From Tubiluchus corallicola (lineage: Eukaryota; Animalia; Priapulida): a stretch of 55,709 nt of DNA. The stretch is taken from the NCBI GenBank assembly GCA_030141605.1, contig JAQGDQ010001204.1, positions 1 through 55,709 on the forward strand. Reading direction: 5' to 3'. The translations under genes and the position numbers were made by a program. The notes beneath the pieces are model-generated. The model saw only the letters and a program-made list of their open reading frames with translations. It did no database searches and was not told the origin of the DNA. Within the stretch, counting starts at the first letter, position 1, and the number at the start of each line of letters is the position of its first letter. Below are positions 23,587 to 55,709 of this stretch, one piece after another.

Positions 23587-23854
23587 ATAACGTACGTCCT
23601 TTAAAACAGTATCTTTCTCGTGTTTTGATTTTAAATACAAAATTAAAATGTATAATAAATATGTTAAAAATTGTTTGGTACGTGTCACAGCACCTTTTTA
23701 TGTGCTTGCTCCCTCTAACTTTAGAACCTGGCTACGCCCCTGAATAAGTCACTTAACAGTCCGATACCACATTCTGCATGAAGACCAGATTACAAAATAC
23801 GAAAACACATGGCAAGGGGGTGCAGCATGGAGGAACAAAAAAATCATCGTTTAG

Positions 23855-24550
23855 GTAGTCACAGGAAAAAAGCACTGGAAAAGTCACAGGAAAATGGCAT
23901 TGGAAGTCACTGGAAAAGTCGCAGGAAAAGAGCCACTGGAAAAATCACAGGAAAAAAGGCACAGGACAAAAGCCACTGGAAAAGTCACAGAAAAAAGTCA
24001 CTGGAAAAGTCACATGAAAAAAGGCACTGGAAAAATCACAGAAAAAGTCACTGGAAAAGTCACAGGAAAAAAGTCACCGGAAAAGTCACTGGAAAAGTCA
24101 CATGAAAAAAGGCATTGGAAAAGTCACATGAAAAAAGGCATTGGAAAAGTCACATGAAAAAAGGCATTGGAAAAGTCACAGGAAAAAAATCACTGGAAAA
24201 AAGGCATTGGAAAAGTCACATGAAAAAAGGCATTGGAAAAGTTACAGGAAAAAAATCACTGGAAAAGTCACAGAAAAAGTCACTAGAAGAATCACAGGAA
24301 AAGTCACTGGAAAAGTCACAGGAAAAAAGGCACTGGAAAAGTCACAGAAAAAAATCACTGGAAAAGTCACAGAAAAGGGCACTGAAAAAGTCACAGAAAA
24401 AAAGCACTGAAAAGTCACAAAAAAGTTACTGGAAAGGTCACAGAAAGTCACTGGAAAAGTCACAGGAAAAAAGGCACTGGAAAAGTCACAGAAAGTCACT
24501 GGAAGTGTCACTGGAAAAGCCATAAAAAAGTCACTGGAAAAATCACTGAA
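23855..24550 (+). repeat. Degenerate (GGAAAAGTCAC[T/A])n tandem array
   Basis: About 50 units of 12-14 bp. Confidence 0.9.
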
Positions 24551-26237
24551 AATAAAGAAATAACCCTAACTCTACCAAAATCAAATAACTTTTTTCTCTG
24601 ACTTTATTACTAGTCACCAAACTTTTATAATGATTACAGACTTAAGTTGTGCTACATTATCTTTGAAGACTTTTTTCAAGTATTAGTTGGCAGTTCTGAC
24701 ATTCAAGAGCTTTTAAACAGTAACTCTGACTCGCCAGTGTTATTATCAATTTATACAACTTGTTAAAATAAATTAAAACAATTAGTAAGCAGATAAAGAC
24801 TTTTTATTATTTATTAACCTTTTATTTATTGATGGCGAACAAATCTGAAATGAAATGAAATTATGAATTTTTCAGTGACTCTAATGCTATTTCTGGCAGA
24901 TGATATTTTAACCAGGATTGGATGAAATGAAAATAAATATTATTTATTGAAGAATAAAATTCGTATTTTTCACCGGGGCATTATATACATTCCAGCAGGT
25001 GGGAAATGAAGAAAACGAACAAGTATTAAAATTCATGGCAGCAAGGCATTGCCATAATAATAAGCTTTATCCTGCAAACCGTATATCGTGTATCTAAATT
25101 TTCTGCTCCCACCTTTTTGCTTAAATAGGAATACTTTAGAATGGACTTAACACTAGGAATCCTTTTGTTGTTAACAGACCATATTGTTGTTACTGCATAT
25201 AAAGTCTACTAATGTTGTATATATCATGTAACGTCAGATATTCAGTTTGCATTTATTTTTACCAAAAGTCAATCATCTAAGTTATTCAGCTTTTAAAATC
25301 TCCTGTCCCTTTGTCATTTTATTTCTTGAATTAGAAAGCTTTGACTTGAAAACAGCTGTGTCAAATGAAATATCCAACTTCTTTGCACTTGCTAAATTTG
25401 TGCTTGCGGCTAGGTACACATATCATCAGAAAGTAAAAACTAGATTAAACAAATTACATTTACATAATAATAAATTTTATTATAAACACTATGCCCATTT
25501 GTTAATGTGCCCAATTCTACAATCTTTCTATAATAGTGGTCAGTCTAGTAAAGAGTTCATAGTAAGGAAATATGGAAAGGAAAATTTGCAGCACAAACCA
25601 ACATTATGGCATTTGCAGTAATAATGTGGTAGTTTTTATAATGTGCGTGTATTAAAACGTGACTAAGTTATTTTTTTAATTGGACAAAATTAGATCCAGA
25701 ATTCCACAGCAAGTTAAAAGTAGGCCTAGCAGAGCTTATAATTCACCAAACATACTCGAACCAGCTAGTGCACACTTTTGTCAATGTGTTTTTTCTGTGG
25801 CATTTTCAATATCGACCAAGAACAGTGTGCTACACTGCAACAACTAATCTCCAGAGCATAACAGAAAGACAATTTACTCATCCACTGTGCTACTAAAGCA
25901 TGGTGCAGTAACCACATACACCTCTACATTTTTGGATGAGGACTTATTATTGTATCAATGCACTAGTGCCATCTATCCACAGTTAAATATCAATGCAGAA
26001 GTGCCACCTACCCGCTGTTAAATATCAATGCACTAGTGTCACCTATCCACAGTTAAATAATGCTTGATGATAGCTGCAGAACGAAGGATAAACCTTTAAT
26101 GTATTTGAACTTCACATTTTTTGCTACAATGGCAAGTGCAGAGTTATTTGATGCCTCTATTGAGTGCTACATTCACTGGCCTAAAATGTCTCAAATCCAT
26201 AAAAAAAGTCTGCTCACTGCCAATGTATACACATTAC

Positions 26238-26497
26238 AAGGGCCAGATTAAGACCTCAAGTGGTCCTAAGCACTAAAAAGATTATTGTACCCCCATATGT
26301 GTGTAACTCAGAATAAAAACAATACTAAACTGTAAAAAGAAATCTTCGTATTGTCATATTGTAAACACACAGAAATCGACACACATATTCTGGTATATTT
26401 TACTTTTGGGTAATTATGTGACTTGAAAAAAACTTTGTGGGCTCCCCTGAGACCATAAGCATATGCCTTATTTTGCTTAATGGTTAATCCAGGGCTG
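26238..26497. mobile_element. hAT-like MITE
   Basis: Imperfect TIRs AAGGGCCAGATTAA / TTAATCCAGGGCTG; 8-bp flanks CACATTAC / CAAATTAC (7 of 8 match). Confidence 0.65.
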
Positions 26498-26540
26498 CAA
26501 ATTACAAAAATTAGTAAGCTGTACTAAGGAAATCTAAGTA

Positions 26541-27395
26541 CAGTAAACTATGTATAACTTGAACAATGTTCGTAAGAAAACAAGATTGAGTCACTCATCA
26601 ACGACGGACAATACAGTGCGGTCTGTGAAAATAACAAACTGAGCCTTTAATCAAATATCAAACAACAATTTTTTATGAATAATAAAAAATAAAATGACTG
26701 GTCCACTTCTTCTGTAGTCTGACTAGCATGGTTTATAGAACTTGGCAATAATAATATTGTTATCTACATTAAACCATGTTCGTTAAGCCACATTGTGTGC
26801 AGCGTTATGCTAAGGTAATACAAGAAATCTTAGCATTTTTCCTGAAACTTGCAGTTAAAATCGTAATGTGGTGCACACTTTCATGTAGGACTTCTTGCTT
26901 GGGAGGCTGTTCGAGACAGATGAGATAATTTCAATCAGATTCTTCAGAATTGTACTTGAAATTCGGTTCGAGTTACATGATAGTTCAAGTAACAGATTTC
27001 GTATTACACAATGTTCGTTAAAGACAAAAAGGAGGTGGAAAATCCGTTCCACGAGATCTGTTCAAGACACGCAAGAATTCAAGTTGTACCAGTTTGAGTT
27101 ATATGTAGCTTACCGTTTTTGTTTCATAAAGCAAAGTATGATATGCGAGGTGTAAACAAGATAATGTGATAATGTACATATTAAAATTATCATAATAATA
27201 TCATACTACATTACCAGTAGATATACAGACGCAGAATACTTAATGCTAACCTACCTTTCATTCAACTATGTAAATTAAGTCTGCAAAATCTCAACACTAC
27301 GGGCTCATATCTAACTGGCTTGTGCATATTAACAACAAATTTATACTACTCCCTTCTCTTTAAAATTGGTCTTATCAGATTAATAACAGATTAAC
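26541..27395 (+). mobile_element. Tc1/pogo-like non-autonomous element (TA|CAGT end)
   Basis: Inverted homolog at 53259-54126. Confidence 0.8.
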
Positions 27396-27647
27396 TTTTG
27401 TTAAAACAATTCCCGAATGCCAAACGCATTTCTTTATCTACACTATTAACAAGAGCACCCTTCATAGCAATTAGTACACTAATAACAGCAATAATATTGA
27501 CTATGAAAAATGCTTACCAATATGACAACACTTCCCAGAATGCCATAGTGATCACAAATGCTGAACAGTAATGTAGACCACACAAGAATAAATTTGTTCG
27601 TGTAAATTTAACGCAATTATTTGACACAGTTAAAACAATTAAATAAA

Positions 27648-28330
27648 CTCCTTCAGGACCGTAAGCGTTTGCTGCATTTTGCATGGGTTCATGAAAAACT
27701 GCTCTCACTACGCAGTGATTATGTTATATTTGATAATTTTTGTAGGTTTTTACTCCTCTAGCAATGGACATTCATGCAAATTTATATACGAAACATTTGC
27801 TTATTTTACACAAATTACAAATCGATTTGTGGCCAATAAGCTTTCAGTAACTGCAGTATTTGCACAATGTACAGTATCACTTGGGTGAAATTGGCTAATA
27901 CTGAAAATTTCAACTATCCAGAGACACAACATTTCGATAAACTTTGGTCTCTATTTTTAAGGAGAAATTCCTGCTAAAAAATGAGATGACCTTAATTTGT
28001 TCTTGGCTGATCGGTTGGCTTTTCCAGGAGGTCTGCACAGCAGAAGGTTCTCTTAGGTTGCAGCAAACAGGCGATCAATAAATTAGTGTGTACGATCACG
28101 CAAGTGTACACCAGACTAAGCTACTCAATAGGCTAAGTTGGACTGCTTGAGAAGGATGTCTTTCTTAACTACTTATAAATGTTTAAACAAATAGCAGGAT
28201 TGGATAGCCGAGAGTCTTCTTAATATAACAGTGCCTAATTTGTAATCATTTAGCTATGTCTGTGCTCATACAGTAGCAGAAAAGTCATAGGTCTATAAGA
28301 CCTATTTTGAGCGGTGCGGTCCTGAAGGAG
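27648..28330. mobile_element. piggyBac-like MITE
   Basis: TIRs CTCCTTCAGGACCG / CGGTCCTGAAGGAG, right flank TTAA, left flank TAAA. Confidence 0.65.
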
Positions 28331-28589
28331 TTAACAATGTGAACAACAATTCTTCTGAACTACTAACAGCTTACAAAATTGGCAACTCAGAGATGAATAT
28401 AATACAATCCTCTCTGAAGCAAATGTTTCAAGGTATTTGAGGAATTTGGTTAAACACGCTGACTATTTACTACAGACGAATATTTCTTGAGTTATTTTTG
28501 ATGCTTCTTGCAAATGAGGCAACACAGTAGCAATTTCATCTACAATCCACGTGTAAACGTCTAAATAATAATGTCAACTATGACTTACT

Positions 28590-29200
28590 GGCGCATTCAG
28601 ACTAGCGGGTTTTCTCTCTGATAGCAAACTCATAAGAGCGAACTGGTTTTCATGTTTCTGTCGGTATTGAATTGCAAACTCTCTGACAGTTACAGCAAGT
28701 TGATTCACTGTCTAGTGTGAACGCCTTGGTGAGTTACTTCCGATACTTCTGGCAGTGAATGGAGAATTGAGTGCCATCTTGCGCTTACTGCCATGGAGTA
28801 ACTAGCAACAAGTTTGCTCTCTAGGCTGAACATGCTTGCGTGTTACTCCTGACAATTCCCACGGTGAATAGAGAAGTGAGTGTCAATTAGTGTTTACAGT
28901 CGTAGAGTAACTCGACGCAAGTTTTGCTCGCTAGTCTGAACATGCTTGCGAGTTACTCTCGACAATTCTCGCAGTGGATAGAGAAGTGACTGTCAGCTTG
29001 TGCTTACTGTCAACTCACCACAAGTTTTGCTCTCTAGGCTGAACATGCTCGCGAGTTACTCTCGAGAATTTTGCAGTGAATGGAGAAGTGAGTGTCAGCT
29101 CGTGCTTACTGTCGTAGAGTAACTTGCCGCAAGTTTTGCTCTCCAGTCTGAACATACTTGCGAGTTATTTGACAAGAAAACTCACTAGTCTGAACACATC
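28590..29200. mobile_element. MITE containing an internal ~110-bp tandem array
   Basis: Inverted ends TTCAGACTAGCGGGTTTTCT / AGAAAACTCACTAGTCTGAA; unit starts at 28755, 28864, 28974 and 29076. Confidence 0.7.
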
Positions 29201-29287
29201 ATTACAAACTTATAGACGGAGAGTTAGTGGGAATAAAAAACTCAGATAATATCCTTCCTAATGCAGGGTGGCAAGCATAATGTGGTA

Positions 29288-55707
<26,420 letters not shown>

Positions 55708-55709
55708 CT

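Noticed and set aside
24561-24572. Telomere-like TAACCCTAAC
   Set aside because: Fewer than two units; not a telomeric array.

Overview
AT-rich, repeat-dense genomic DNA from an invertebrate animal, with GT-AG spliceosomal introns. All family assignments come from motif recognition by eye; no searches were run. (1) Positions 1-~1956 are a GC/CpG-richer, intronless segment that looks like the right end of an integrated Polinton/Maverick-like or other large viral-type element. It carries the 3' part of an ORF with an HGIxWxxG...YVKG motif, an overlapping highly divergent TATA-binding-protein (TBP) ORF lacking an ATG ahead of its first core strand, and ~1 kb of modular repeats ending in a candidate 5'-AGTAG terminus. 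(2) A 3-exon minus-strand gene (6823-4827) encodes a 201-aa secreted Spaetzle-like cystine-knot protein that the ORF track shows only in part. (3) A minus-strand Miro (RHOT) gene has 14 coding exons in the window (55707-29288; first exon outside), plus a frame-preserving candidate cassette exon. The rest is non-autonomous DNA transposons (Kolobok-, hAT-, Tc1/pogo-, piggyBac-like), LINE 3' remnants, tRNA-derived SINE fragments, micro/minisatellites and a VWA3-like pseudo-exon. The best candidate for an undescribed system is the mobile element or endogenous virus carrying its own TBP.
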